Assembly: GCA_041170685.1 (NCBI GenBank)
Contig: JBEDNI010000003.1
Coordinates: 1 to 34,120, forward strand
DNA from: Bacteroidota bacterium
GTDB lineage: Bacteria; Bacteroidota; Bacteroidia; NS11-12g; UBA955
Length of the DNA: 34,120 bases
Direction of reading: 5' to 3'
Position 1 is the stretch's first letter; each line of letters opens with the position of its first letter. This document shows, one piece after another, positions 20,038 through 29,178 of this stretch. The notes below the pieces were generated by a model, which saw nothing but the letters and a program-made list of their open reading frames with translations, was not told where the DNA came from and made no database searches. A program made the position numbers and the translations under genes.

Positions 20038-21051
20038 TTAATCCAAAGGCTGTTTCTTCAGCGCCAGAATGCTGAAATCGGAATTTTCCCTGCGGATGGT
20101 ATTATGCAGGGTTCCCAAACCTTCGATGGACAGCACCACTTCATCGCCGTCTTGCAGCCACTGTTCTTTATAGTTGGGATCATGTAATTTGCCGGTGCCG
20201 TTTAGTTCCAAAAAGCATCCGGTACCCACGGTGCCACTGCCTATCACATCACCGGGGTAAATATCAGCGCCGTAAGCACAACGTTCTATGATTTCGGCAA
20301 AAGTCCAGTCCATATCTCCCATATTGCCTTCACTCACCTGAATGCCATTGACCGTGCAGGTCATCCGAAGGCTATAACTGGCGCCGGTGTGCCCGGGTTT
20401 GGCTGGTATGCGGTAGGGTTCCAGCTCATCCGGGGTTACCAGCCATGGCCCGATGACGGTGCTAAAATCTTTACCCTTTGCCGGTCCAAGGTTCAGCAAC
20501 ATTTCCTCCATTTGCAGTCGGCGTGCACTCATGTCATTCATAATCATGTAACCGGCAATATAGTCATCAGCTTCAGCGGCTTTGATGTTGCGTCCTTTTT
20601 TACCAATTACCACAGCAGCTTCCAGTTCAAAATCCAGTTTTTCAAAGTGATCGGGCATGCAATAAATATCGCCGGGACCTTGAATGGCCTGATGGTTGGT
20701 AAAATAGAAAATGGGATACATGTCAAATTCCGGTATCATGGGTACCCCCCTGTTTCGGCGAGCGGCTGCAACATGCTGTCGGAAGGCATATCCGTCTCTG
20801 CAGCTGCTGGGATTGGGTACGGGTGCCAGCAAAGCCACTGGGTTATAGGCCAGGCCAACCGATGCGTGTTTTCCCGCATGGATTTCTACTTCAATACTGC
20901 GCGCCAGGGCACTATTGGTCTCCCAATCCTTTAAAAAAGATGCCATGTCTTTGGGCAAAACGGGATTGATGGTATGCAGCGAATACAGTGCGTTGTTGGT
21001 GAAAAGCCCTACAGAGGCGTCCCCGTTATGAGCAAAGGTTACCAGTTTCAT
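20038..21051 (-). CDS. Fumarylacetoacetate hydrolase (FAH) family protein
   Basis: 337 aa. FAH-fold motifs DFELEAAVVIGKKGRNI, GYMIMNDMSARRLQ and YPGDVIGSGTVGTG. Confidence 0.88.
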   Translation of the reverse strand: MKLVTFAHNGDASVGLFTNNALYSLHTINPVLPKDMASFLKDWETNSALARSIEVEIHAGKHASVGLAYNPVALLAPVPNPSSCRDGYAFRQHVAAARRNRGVPMIPEFDMYPIFYFTNHQAIQGPGDIYCMPDHFEKLDFELEAAVVIGKKGRNIKAAEADDYIAGYMIMNDMSARRLQMEEMLLNLGPAKGKDFSTVIGPWLVTPDELEPYRIPAKPGHTGASYSLRMTCTVNGIQVSEGNMGDMDWTFAEIIERCAYGADIYPGDVIGSGTVGTGCFLELNGTGKLHDPNYKEQWLQDGDEVVLSIEGLGTLHNTIRRENSDFSILALKKQPLD

Positions 21052-21055
21052 GGTA

Positions 21056-21063
21056 CAAAAATA
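21056..21063 (-). promoter_or_regulatory. -7 box (TATTTTTG) upstream of the FAH gene
   Basis: Exact TAnnTTTG on the minus strand, 4 nt upstream of ATG 21051. Confidence 0.4.
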
Positions 21064-21083
21064 CGAATATTGGAGGGTAGGAC

Positions 21084-21797
21084 TTAACGGGTGAGCACAA
21101 TATATTCCTCTACAACCTGATTGAGAAATGCACGGTTGTTTTTTGGGGATTCGGGCAATTCAAGCAGTGCGGTAACTTTGGCTGCACACGCATTGATGGC
21201 TTTTTCATACACCTGCCGGGTATAATCTTCAGATGCATGCAGGGTGTTTTTGATCAGCAGAATGTGTTTTTCTTCTATGTGCCTGAGTTGAGGCCATTGT
21301 ATCTCTATATCACTGCGGCTTTCGTGAAGTCTTTGCAAATCTTTGAATCGGTAATCAAGATGATATTTTCGACTTAGTACAGCAGTACCCGCCATCAGGT
21401 CTCCCAGCCGCTGCCGTTTTTCAGAACCCAATGCCAGAAATAATGCCAGGGCTCCTGCAGAAAATGTAAAATCAAGCGGGCGCATAATCCAACGCAAGAA
21501 ACAGTCGGCAAACCCCAAGGCGGCCCCATCGGTACGCATTACCCGGATACCTGTTATGAGTTTTCCCGGTGAGCGGCCGTTCATAAAGGCTTCAAAGGAA
21601 AAATGATACAGGGTAATGACCGCAAACATCAGCCATCCACCCAGCTGAGTGCCGCCCAATGAAACTCCCAAAATAATGAGGGCAAGAAACTGAATAAAAA
21701 GATCGGTGAGGGTTGCAACAGCTCTAGCACCAATTGATGCCAGATCATAACTCAGAACAACCTGTTGTGCAGTTACTATTTCTATGGTGCGGGCCAT
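21084..21797 (-). CDS. RDD family membrane protein
   Basis: 237 aa. RDD-type features: ARAVATLTDLFIQ, GRSPGKLITGIRV and RLGDLMAGTAV, with three TM segments and a soluble C-terminal tail. Confidence 0.82.
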   Translation of the reverse strand: MARTIEIVTAQQVVLSYDLASIGARAVATLTDLFIQFLALIILGVSLGGTQLGGWLMFAVITLYHFSFEAFMNGRSPGKLITGIRVMRTDGAALGFADCFLRWIMRPLDFTFSAGALALFLALGSEKRQRLGDLMAGTAVLSRKYHLDYRFKDLQRLHESRSDIEIQWPQLRHIEEKHILLIKNTLHASEDYTRQVYEKAINACAAKVTALLELPESPKNNRAFLNQVVEEYIVLTR

Positions 21798-21804
21798 GTG
21801 TTCA

Positions 21805-21812
21805 CAAAGTTA
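21805..21812 (-). promoter_or_regulatory. -7 box (TAACTTTG) upstream of the RDD gene
   Basis: Exact TAnnTTTG on the minus strand, 7 nt upstream of ATG 21797. A possible -33 TTTG (plus-strand CAAA 21835-21838) follows a 22-nt spacer. Confidence 0.4.
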
Positions 21813-21873
21813 CCCCGGATGGTCCTGTTTTTTCCAAAAAAGCCCTTAAAATTTCTTATCCTTGCATTGGGAA

Positions 21874-23778
21874 ATGCGGGAGTCTAAATTTATAAATCGC
21901 AATGGTGAAAAGTGGCAGCAATTTGAGGAAGCTATGCGCTTTAAAAATCTGCCCCCGGATGAGCTGGAGCGGGCATTTCTTGAACTTAATGATGACCTAG
22001 CATACTCGAGGACATATTTTCCAAACAGGTCCGTCAGGGTGTTTCTAAACAATTTACTGACCCCGGTTTATGATCGTATTTATCGCAGCCGTCCCGTGAG
22101 CCGAAAAGTAATTCGGGAGTTTTTTACTCAAACAGCACCGCGGATACACTGGAGTGCAAGAAAATACATGCTCATTTCTCTCATCACGGTATTAATGGGT
22201 TTTTTGGTGGGTTTCTTTGGTACACGGCAGGATAAACAATTTGCCATTACTGTGCTGGGTAGTGGCTATGTGAGCATGACGGAGGACAACATTGCCAAGG
22301 GAGACCCGCTTGGGGTATATAAAGACGAATCAGCCGGAGAAATGTTCTTAAATATTGCCACCAATAACCTGCGGGTAGGATTCTACTTCTTTGTTTTTGG
22401 AGCCCTTTTCTGTGTGGGAACATTGTATCTGCTTTTCCTCAATGGGATTGTACTGGGTGTGTTTACGTACCTATTCACCTCACGGGGTTTAACCGGCGAT
22501 TATATTTTAACCGTTTATCAGCATGGTACACTGGAAATATTGTCTATGGTGATAGAAGGAGCCGCAGGAATTATGCTGGGATCCGGTATTCTGTTTCCGG
22601 GAACCCTGCCAAGGACACAATCAATCCAGAATGCCGCCCGTAAAAGCATCACCATGTTTCTGGTTTGCCTGCCTATCATCATTATCGCGGCATTCATCGA
22701 GAGTTATCTGACCCGATTTACCGATATCGGAACCGTGCAAAGAACCCTCATTATTTTGTTGAGTCTGGGTTTTATGCTCTATTATTTCGTTGTTTTACCC
22801 TGGTGGAAACACAGAAACAGCCAACAGTTTGATTTGCAGGAGGAGCAGCCAAGAGCACAGACTGTCCGCACCTTTTTACCCGGTACGATATACAGTGTAG
22901 GCTCTTTATTGGTTTTGGGAATCCATCAATTAAGGACATTTTTTGGCCGATGGTTGCTTATCGCATTGGGGCTGGGTGTTGGCGGTTACTATGTTTCGAC
23001 ATGGCTGGGATCCAACGATATTTCCCGTGATGTAGCTTTTCAGCTTAGGCGGTGGATGTACAGTCTTGGGCAGTCATCACCGGATTCGCTAATAGAGATG
23101 TTTACGGGCAGTGCAAAACTCCTTCTATGGAATATATACGCCTGTCGATATCTTTTTTCAGCAGCCCGATTTCCGGAGGTTTTACCTGTAGTTTGTATGG
23201 TTTGGTATGCCGTATTGTGGCGAATGTCTGATATTGCCTACAATAGCTTACCCCAAAAACCCTCCCGGGTTCAGCGCTGGTTTTTACCCGCAAAATATGC
23301 CTGTTTGACAACCGTATTGCTATGGTTGGTTCAGGGTTTTTGGTGGCCCCTGCTATGGATTGCCTGGCCCCTGTTATGCATGGGAACAGGGATTGCCATT
23401 TACCATGAAAATGGGAATATAAGAAAGGGAATTACAACGGCATGGCGCCTAATGTTTAAGCAATTGGGCCGCTTTTTAGCCTCTGTGTTGCTGGTGAGTA
23501 TTTTGTATGTGATGTTGATGATGGGTTTTTGGTTTTTTATTACCGTAATGCTCAATTTCAGCGCTTCGATGCAAAATATCAATCCATTTTCTAAAGAGGT
23601 GCTGATTTTTTATGTGCAGTTAAATTATGTGCTGTGGCCGTTGGTTTTAACAGCTAGCGGGTATTTCTACATGATAACCGGTTTGGTGATGTATGAAAAG
23701 CAGGCGGGTACAGGCCTAATGCAACGCATTGACAGCATAGGTTTTAAAAAGGAGGTGTACGGTGTGGAAACGGAGTAA
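21874..23778 (+). CDS. SpoIIM-like (DUF95) membrane protein fused to an extra polytopic C-terminal domain
   Basis: 634 aa from ATG 21874 (MRESKFINRNGEKWQQFEE). SpoIIM-family core: NNLRVGFYFFVFGALFCVGTLYLLFLNGIVLG ... HGTLEILSMVIEGAAGIMLG. It is followed by about 310 aa of W-rich TM segments that I cannot assign to any family. Confidence 0.78.
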   Translation: MRESKFINRNGEKWQQFEEAMRFKNLPPDELERAFLELNDDLAYSRTYFPNRSVRVFLNNLLTPVYDRIYRSRPVSRKVIREFFTQTAPRIHWSARKYMLISLITVLMGFLVGFFGTRQDKQFAITVLGSGYVSMTEDNIAKGDPLGVYKDESAGEMFLNIATNNLRVGFYFFVFGALFCVGTLYLLFLNGIVLGVFTYLFTSRGLTGDYILTVYQHGTLEILSMVIEGAAGIMLGSGILFPGTLPRTQSIQNAARKSITMFLVCLPIIIIAAFIESYLTRFTDIGTVQRTLIILLSLGFMLYYFVVLPWWKHRNSQQFDLQEEQPRAQTVRTFLPGTIYSVGSLLVLGIHQLRTFFGRWLLIALGLGVGGYYVSTWLGSNDISRDVAFQLRRWMYSLGQSSPDSLIEMFTGSAKLLLWNIYACRYLFSAARFPEVLPVVCMVWYAVLWRMSDIAYNSLPQKPSRVQRWFLPAKYACLTTVLLWLVQGFWWPLLWIAWPLLCMGTGIAIYHENGNIRKGITTAWRLMFKQLGRFLASVLLVSILYVMLMMGFWFFITVMLNFSASMQNINPFSKEVLIFYVQLNYVLWPLVLTASGYFYMITGLVMYEKQAGTGLMQRIDSIGFKKEVYGVETE

Positions 23779-24487
23779 GATGCTATTGCTGTTGTGCTGT
23801 GTGCTATCCTTGAGTGCTCAGGATCAACCCACTTTGGAAGAATCCGGCATGGGGAGTGATGTTGCCGCCGAAGGGCAGGGGGTTTTTGAGAATCAACCGT
23901 TAATAGGCAAAAAAGCAGATGCCAGGGCCATGGAGGAGCGGGTAAAAAATGTAAATTATGCAGAAACTAATGTTGAACTGAAGCAAAAATCAAGTTTGCG
24001 CACTCCCAAACTCGATGTTCCCGGTAATATCCAGCGATATAAGGATATTATTTTTTGGGTTGCGGTATTGATTCTGGTAAGTATACTGGTCTACCTCATA
24101 TTCAAATCAGGCAAACAGAATCGTTACAATAGGAGAAACTCACTGGCGGGTCCTGCCGAGTGGGAGGAAGCATGGAACCTTGATTCTCAAACCCTGGAAA
24201 CAGACCTGCAGGACGCTGTGGAGGGCAAACAATACCGCCTGGCCATAAGGTTGCTGTACCTTAAAAGTCTTAAACAACTCATAGACAATGAAAGGGTAAA
24301 GCCCTCACCCGAAAAAACGAACCGTCAGTATATTGAGGAGCTCGAGAAAGCGGGGTTACATGGGTTGTTTAGCTACATCACCGGCATATATGAGATGGTA
24401 TGGTACGGCGAGGCCACACCTGATGATTATCAATACAAGCGGCTTGCTCCCGCTTTCCATGAAATGACAGAAAGGAGCCGCAAGTGA
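23762..24487 (+). CDS. DUF4129 domain membrane protein
   Basis: 241 aa. The GTG start gives MWKRSKMLLLLCCVLSLSAQ; ATG 23780 is an alternative. One central TM segment (IIFWVAVLILVSILVYLIF). The C-terminal GKQYRLAIRLLYLKSLKQL ... TNRQYIEEL ... YEMVWYG is DUF4129-like. Confidence 0.72.
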   Translation: MWKRSKMLLLLCCVLSLSAQDQPTLEESGMGSDVAAEGQGVFENQPLIGKKADARAMEERVKNVNYAETNVELKQKSSLRTPKLDVPGNIQRYKDIIFWVAVLILVSILVYLIFKSGKQNRYNRRNSLAGPAEWEEAWNLDSQTLETDLQDAVEGKQYRLAIRLLYLKSLKQLIDNERVKPSPEKTNRQYIEELEKAGLHGLFSYITGIYEMVWYGEATPDDYQYKRLAPAFHEMTERSRK

Positions 24488-25788
24488 ATAACCGTGCCGT
24501 AATTGTTGGCCTGGTGCTGCTATCTCTGGTCGGACTACTGTATTTTCTGAACCGGGACGGAAATAAATACAAATGGAACCGAACGTATCGGCTGGGAGAA
24601 AATGAACCCTATGACCTTTCCATTTTTTACGAAACGATTAAAACGGAATATGAAGGTCGTTTTGAAGAAATCAAAGACAATGAAAGTCTGAGCGACAACA
24701 CTAAGGACATAAACCCTGGCAATGCCGATATTTACATGTTTGTTGGCCGAAATTGCTACCTGACGGCCGATGAGGCAGCCGTGTTGAAAGACCATGTTTT
24801 TGAGGGGGGTACGGCTTTTATCAGTGCGGTGGGTATGCCGGAAGCACTGCTGGATGCATTTCCCCTGCTTAAAAACACCGAAACAGAGGTAAATGATTAC
24901 GATTCATTCCCAGTGGTTTTCCGGCATAAGCAAGCAAACGCCTCAAGGGTGGTTTTTTATCACTATAACCGCCTGATTCCGGAATCCAGAGGCTGGTTGA
25001 CTTTCCAGTCTTTTACCAAGCCGGAAGAAACCGATTTTTCACCCGGCAGTGAGGATCCAACCAATATGGCCATTGTTTCGGCAAATCCTCAAAAAGGACC
25101 TGATTTTATTTGCATATATCACGGTTCCGGTAAGCTTTTTTTGCATGCAAATCCTGCCATGTTTGGGAATGTGTATCAAACTTTACCTTATGGAAGGGCT
25201 TATCTGTCTAATGTGCTGAGGCACCTGCCCGGCAATCGGGTGGTGTTTGATCGTGGGGCTGGTTTCCCTAAAAAAGATGCTAATACTTCAGAAAATAGCA
25301 ACATGCTTGATTTTATTAAGGGTGAACCGGCTTTGTGGTATGCATGGCAATTATTGCTGGTGTCGGTTGTGTTGTTTCTGGTTTTTGCGGGCAGACGCAA
25401 ACAGCGGGGTATACCGGTAATTGAACCTCCCGTAAACCATACCATGGCATTTATAGATGCCATAGGTCGTTTTTACAAAAATGAAAAGCAAAACGCCTTG
25501 GTATTTCAGCGCGAATGGAATCAGTTTGTATCATTTTTACAACAACAGTTTCGATTTCGCCTAAAATCCCTGAATGAAGAGGAATTGAAAAAGCTTTCCG
25601 ATAAAACCGGTGTTTCTTTAAAAACCATTGAACATGTTGTTTCAATACATGGAAAATACAGGAATCATGAATCGCTTGGCGCGGCTGAATTAACAGAAAC
25701 CAACAGGGCCATAGGCCGTTTTTACGAAGAATATAGAAAAAATTATGGAAAATCAGGAAATACAAAACGAACTGCAAAGTCCTCATGA
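24484..25788 (+). CDS. DUF4350-like membrane protein
   Basis: 434 aa with GTG start overlapping the upstream stop by 4 nt. N-terminal TM segment, a large extracytoplasmic domain, a second TM segment (WYAWQLLLVSVVLFLVFAG), then a cytoplasmic tail. This architecture and its position upstream of MoxR fit DUF4350. Confidence 0.65.
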   Translation: MNNRAVIVGLVLLSLVGLLYFLNRDGNKYKWNRTYRLGENEPYDLSIFYETIKTEYEGRFEEIKDNESLSDNTKDINPGNADIYMFVGRNCYLTADEAAVLKDHVFEGGTAFISAVGMPEALLDAFPLLKNTETEVNDYDSFPVVFRHKQANASRVVFYHYNRLIPESRGWLTFQSFTKPEETDFSPGSEDPTNMAIVSANPQKGPDFICIYHGSGKLFLHANPAMFGNVYQTLPYGRAYLSNVLRHLPGNRVVFDRGAGFPKKDANTSENSNMLDFIKGEPALWYAWQLLLVSVVLFLVFAGRRKQRGIPVIEPPVNHTMAFIDAIGRFYKNEKQNALVFQREWNQFVSFLQQQFRFRLKSLNEEELKKLSDKTGVSLKTIEHVVSIHGKYRNHESLGAAELTETNRAIGRFYEEYRKNYGKSGNTKRTAKSS

Positions 25789-26740
25789 ACTGAATCTGGA
25801 GCCGTTTCACTCTGCGGTTTCACAAATCAGGGCTGAAATGAGTAAAGTGCTGATAGGTCAGCAAAACATGGTAGATTTAATGCTTTCAGCATTATTTGCT
25901 AATGGTCATATTCTGCTTGAGGGGGTGCCCGGCATCGCCAAAACTACAGCAGCTAAATTACTGGCACGCTCGCTGGATCTCGATTTTAGCCGTATACAGT
26001 TTACTCCGGATCTGATGCCGGCCGACGTAACCGGAACCAGTGTGTTCAACCTTAAAAACCACGAATTTGAATTTAAACGGGGTCCTGTGTTTGCCAACAT
26101 TGTGTTGATTGATGAAATCAATCGATCACCCGCCAAAACGCAGGCGGCGTTATTCGAAGTGATGGAAGAGCATCAGGTTACCATTGATGGTACAACTCAT
26201 ACAGTTCCACAACCCTTTATGGTGCTTGCCACCCAAAACCCCATAGAACAGGAAGGTACCTACAAATTACCCGAAGCTCAGCAAGACCGCTTCATGATGA
26301 AAATCGTGATGGAATACCCATCACCCGAGGAGGAATATCAGATTTTATCGAGGTTCAGCAGCGGTGACACATCTACAGCCATTGCCGGGATCAAACCCGT
26401 GCTTACTGCCGCCAAGGTGAAAGAAATCAGGGCTCTGCTGGACAAGGTCTATGTGAAAGATGAGCTGTTGCGCTACATAGCCGGTGTGATAAGCGCTACC
26501 CGAAATCATCGTGATTTGTATTTGGGGGCCTCTCCCCGTGCCGGACTTGCGATTATGCGCAGCAGCCGTGTGATTGCCGCCATGAATGGCCGCAGCTTTG
26601 TTACCCCCGATGATATCAGAACTGTAACCTATCCGGTACTGAATCACCGCCTTATCCTTACACCCGAAAGTGAAATGGAGGGTATTGCAATCAAGCAGGT
26701 GGTGGAAGAAATCCTCAAAACTGTGGAAGTGCCCCGCTGA
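25745..26740 (+). CDS. MoxR-family AAA+ ATPase
   Basis: 331 aa. Walker A GVPGIAKT, Walker B LIDEINRSPAKTQ, ATQNPIEQEGTYKLPEAQQDRF and GASPRAG are hallmarks of MoxR (AAA_3). The start overlaps the upstream gene by 44 nt. Confidence 0.93.
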   Translation: MENQEIQNELQSPHELNLEPFHSAVSQIRAEMSKVLIGQQNMVDLMLSALFANGHILLEGVPGIAKTTAAKLLARSLDLDFSRIQFTPDLMPADVTGTSVFNLKNHEFEFKRGPVFANIVLIDEINRSPAKTQAALFEVMEEHQVTIDGTTHTVPQPFMVLATQNPIEQEGTYKLPEAQQDRFMMKIVMEYPSPEEEYQILSRFSSGDTSTAIAGIKPVLTAAKVKEIRALLDKVYVKDELLRYIAGVISATRNHRDLYLGASPRAGLAIMRSSRVIAAMNGRSFVTPDDIRTVTYPVLNHRLILTPESEMEGIAIKQVVEEILKTVEVPR

Positions 26741-28083
26741 TGAATAAACTGGCCCAACGCTTTGATCTCTACATGCAGCCACGAATCTGGTGGCTGCTTA
26801 CCTGCGTATGGGTTTTGTTTGTGATGGCTTACCCCTTTCCATTTATGCTATCAGTGGCACAAACAGCTTTGCTGCTGCTGTCTGCTGCAGCAGTAATGGA
26901 TTTGCTTTTGCTGTTTATTCCATCTAATCCGCTGGAACTACATAGAGAATGCAGCGCTAAATGGAGCCTGGGCGATGATAACATCGTGGTGATTTTACTT
27001 CAAAACAAATCCCCGTTGCCATGGCAGTGTCGCATCTGGGATGAATTACCGGTAGAACTTCAGGAGCGGCAATTCTCCCTTAGTGTCTCTTTAGGACCAT
27101 ACCGCAGCACTGAAAAACAATATTCCGTAAAACCACTAAAACGCGGGTTGTATTCATTCGGTCAAATACGTGTTATAATCAGCACACCTCTTGGTTTGTT
27201 TGGCAGGAGGATTAGCAAGGAACAAGCGCAGGAGGTATCTGTTTACCCCAGTTTTGTTCAGCTTAGAAAATACAGTTTATACACGCTCCAGAATATCGCC
27301 CGATTTCATGGTTTCAAAAAAGTCAGACGTATAGGCATGAGTTACGAATTTGAGCAAATTAAGGAATACGTTCAGGGCGATGATATTAGGCATATTAACT
27401 GGAAGGCCACAGGGAAAACAACGTCTCTTAAAACCAATCATTTTACCGAAGAAAAAGCCCAGCCCGTATATGTGCTAGTAGACAAAAGCAGACCCATGAA
27501 CATGGCATTTGGCGGGATGACTTTGCTTGATTACGCGGTCAATGCCGGTGCTGTTGTAGCCAATATTGCCCTACAAAAAGGCGATAAGGCGGGGTTGATT
27601 ACTTTCTCAGACCGGCTGGGTACAGCCCTGCGTGCTGACAGCAGCCCCGGACAAATGGGCAGAATTATGGATGCCCTCCATGCCGAAAAATACCGACGTA
27701 CCGAGGCTGATTATGAATTTGTATACAATGCCTTGAGGCGCGTGAGTCAGGGAAGGGCTCTCCTGTTTTTATTCACCAATTTTGAAACACTGGTGGCCAT
27801 GCAAAGGGTGTTGCCCGTTTTGCGAAAACTAAACAAACACCACTTGTTGGTGGTTGTGTTTTTTAGCAATGCAGAGGTGGAACAATTTGCCTATGAATCC
27901 TCGGGTAGTTTGCAGGAAATCTACAACCGTATGGTTGCCAGACAAATGGTGGCTGATAAAAAGCAAATGGCCGTAGAACTTTCCAACCACGGTATACAAA
28001 GTATCGTATGCAAACCTGAAGAGCTAACCATTAACACGCTCAATAAATACCTTGAACTCAAAGCAAAAGGCATGATAGGGTGA
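26740..28083 (+). CDS. DUF58 (vWA-like) protein, MoxR partner
   Basis: 447 aa. Two N-terminal TM segments, the DUF58 signature YVQGDDIRHINWKATGKT, and a vWA-like VYVLVDKSRPM strand. The ATG shares one base with the MoxR TGA. Confidence 0.88.
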   Translation: MNKLAQRFDLYMQPRIWWLLTCVWVLFVMAYPFPFMLSVAQTALLLLSAAAVMDLLLLFIPSNPLELHRECSAKWSLGDDNIVVILLQNKSPLPWQCRIWDELPVELQERQFSLSVSLGPYRSTEKQYSVKPLKRGLYSFGQIRVIISTPLGLFGRRISKEQAQEVSVYPSFVQLRKYSLYTLQNIARFHGFKKVRRIGMSYEFEQIKEYVQGDDIRHINWKATGKTTSLKTNHFTEEKAQPVYVLVDKSRPMNMAFGGMTLLDYAVNAGAVVANIALQKGDKAGLITFSDRLGTALRADSSPGQMGRIMDALHAEKYRRTEADYEFVYNALRRVSQGRALLFLFTNFETLVAMQRVLPVLRKLNKHHLLVVVFFSNAEVEQFAYESSGSLQEIYNRMVARQMVADKKQMAVELSNHGIQSIVCKPEELTINTLNKYLELKAKGMIG

Positions 28084-28115
28084 TAAAAAAAGGGATAAAC
28101 AACGGTGTGTTTCCA

Positions 28116-28123
28116 TAAATTTG
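28116..28123 (+). promoter_or_regulatory. -7 box (TAAATTTG) upstream of rfbD-like gene
   Basis: Exact TAnnTTTG, 15 nt upstream of ATG 28139, in the 55-bp gap after the DUF58 gene. Confidence 0.4.
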
Positions 28124-28138
28124 TTCCTAAATATTTGC

Positions 28139-29038
28139 ATGGTTTTTATTACCGGATCTAACGGCCTGCTGGGCCAAAAACTCACTGATTTATACCTGAG
28201 GCATCCGGAAATACCATTTGTGGCGACCGGTAAGGGCCCAAACCGACATCCGGTCAAAACCGGTTATTTCTATGAGGATGCCGATATTACGGATCATGGC
28301 AGAATGAGGTCGTTGTTGGAGAAATATAAGCCCAAAGCCGTCATCAACACAGCTGCCATGACCAATGTAGATGCCTGTGAGTCAGATAAAAAAGGTTGTG
28401 ATTCCATGAATATTGATGCAGTGGAAAACCTGGCACGGTTGTCATCTGAACTGGGCTTTAAGCTTATTCATCTAAGCACAGATTTTATTTTCGATGGAAC
28501 CCATCCGATGTACACAGAAGAGGAGCAACCCAAACCCATTAGCTATTACGGACGCAGTAAATGGGAAGGTGAAAAAAGGGTGATGCAGTATGCCCGTGAC
28601 TGGGCAATATTAAGAACAATATTGGTTTACGGAGTAGTGCAGGATATGAGCCGCAGCAATATTGTGCTGTGGGCATACCAGACGCTCAAAAATGGCACCG
28701 CGGCCAAGGTGGTAAACGATCAATACAGAACACCAACCTTAGCTGAAGATTTGGCTTTGGGGTGCTTTCTGGCTGAACAAAAACAAGCTTGTGGCATATA
28801 CAATATAGCAGGGCCGGATTATTTCGGTATACACGAACTCATGGAGCGAGTGGCCCAATATTTCGGCTTCCAGTTGGATCAAATTACACTTGTGAACAGC
28901 GAAACATTAAACCAGCCTGCCAAGAGACCACCCATTACCGGGCTGGATATTAGCAAGGCGAAGAAAGAACTGGGCTATGCTCCGCACAACTTCACTGATG
29001 GTCTTACTATGGTAGCAAAGCAGGCGGGTTGGGAGTGA
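28139..29038 (+). CDS. rfbD: dTDP-4-dehydrorhamnose reductase-like SDR (RmlD family)
   Basis: 299 aa from ATG 28139. FITGSNGLLGQ Rossmann motif, YYGRSK (YxxxK) and an RmlD-like layout. The ORF-track TTG at 28121 lies inside the -7 box. Confidence 0.72.
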   Translation: MVFITGSNGLLGQKLTDLYLRHPEIPFVATGKGPNRHPVKTGYFYEDADITDHGRMRSLLEKYKPKAVINTAAMTNVDACESDKKGCDSMNIDAVENLARLSSELGFKLIHLSTDFIFDGTHPMYTEEEQPKPISYYGRSKWEGEKRVMQYARDWAILRTILVYGVVQDMSRSNIVLWAYQTLKNGTAAKVVNDQYRTPTLAEDLALGCFLAEQKQACGIYNIAGPDYFGIHELMERVAQYFGFQLDQITLVNSETLNQPAKRPPITGLDISKAKKELGYAPHNFTDGLTMVAKQAGWE

Positions 29039-29050
29039 AGATTAATATCA

Positions 29051-29079
29051 GGCGTCCGCCTTTTCAATGTTAGGACGCC
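29051..29079 (+). terminator. Possible stem-loop after rfbD-like gene
   Basis: GGCGTCC (29051-29057) and GGACGCC (29073-29079) form a perfect 7-bp inverted repeat with a 15-nt loop, 13 nt after the stop codon. It is followed by an A-run rather than a T-run, so it is not a canonical intrinsic terminator. Confidence 0.25.
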
Positions 29080-29178
29080 AAAAACGTATAATCGAGACAA
29101 AGTTTTGGATGATAAATCTGGTTCTAATAAACTGATTTTATTTTCTTTCAACCAATAAATTAGCCGTACCTTGCACCC

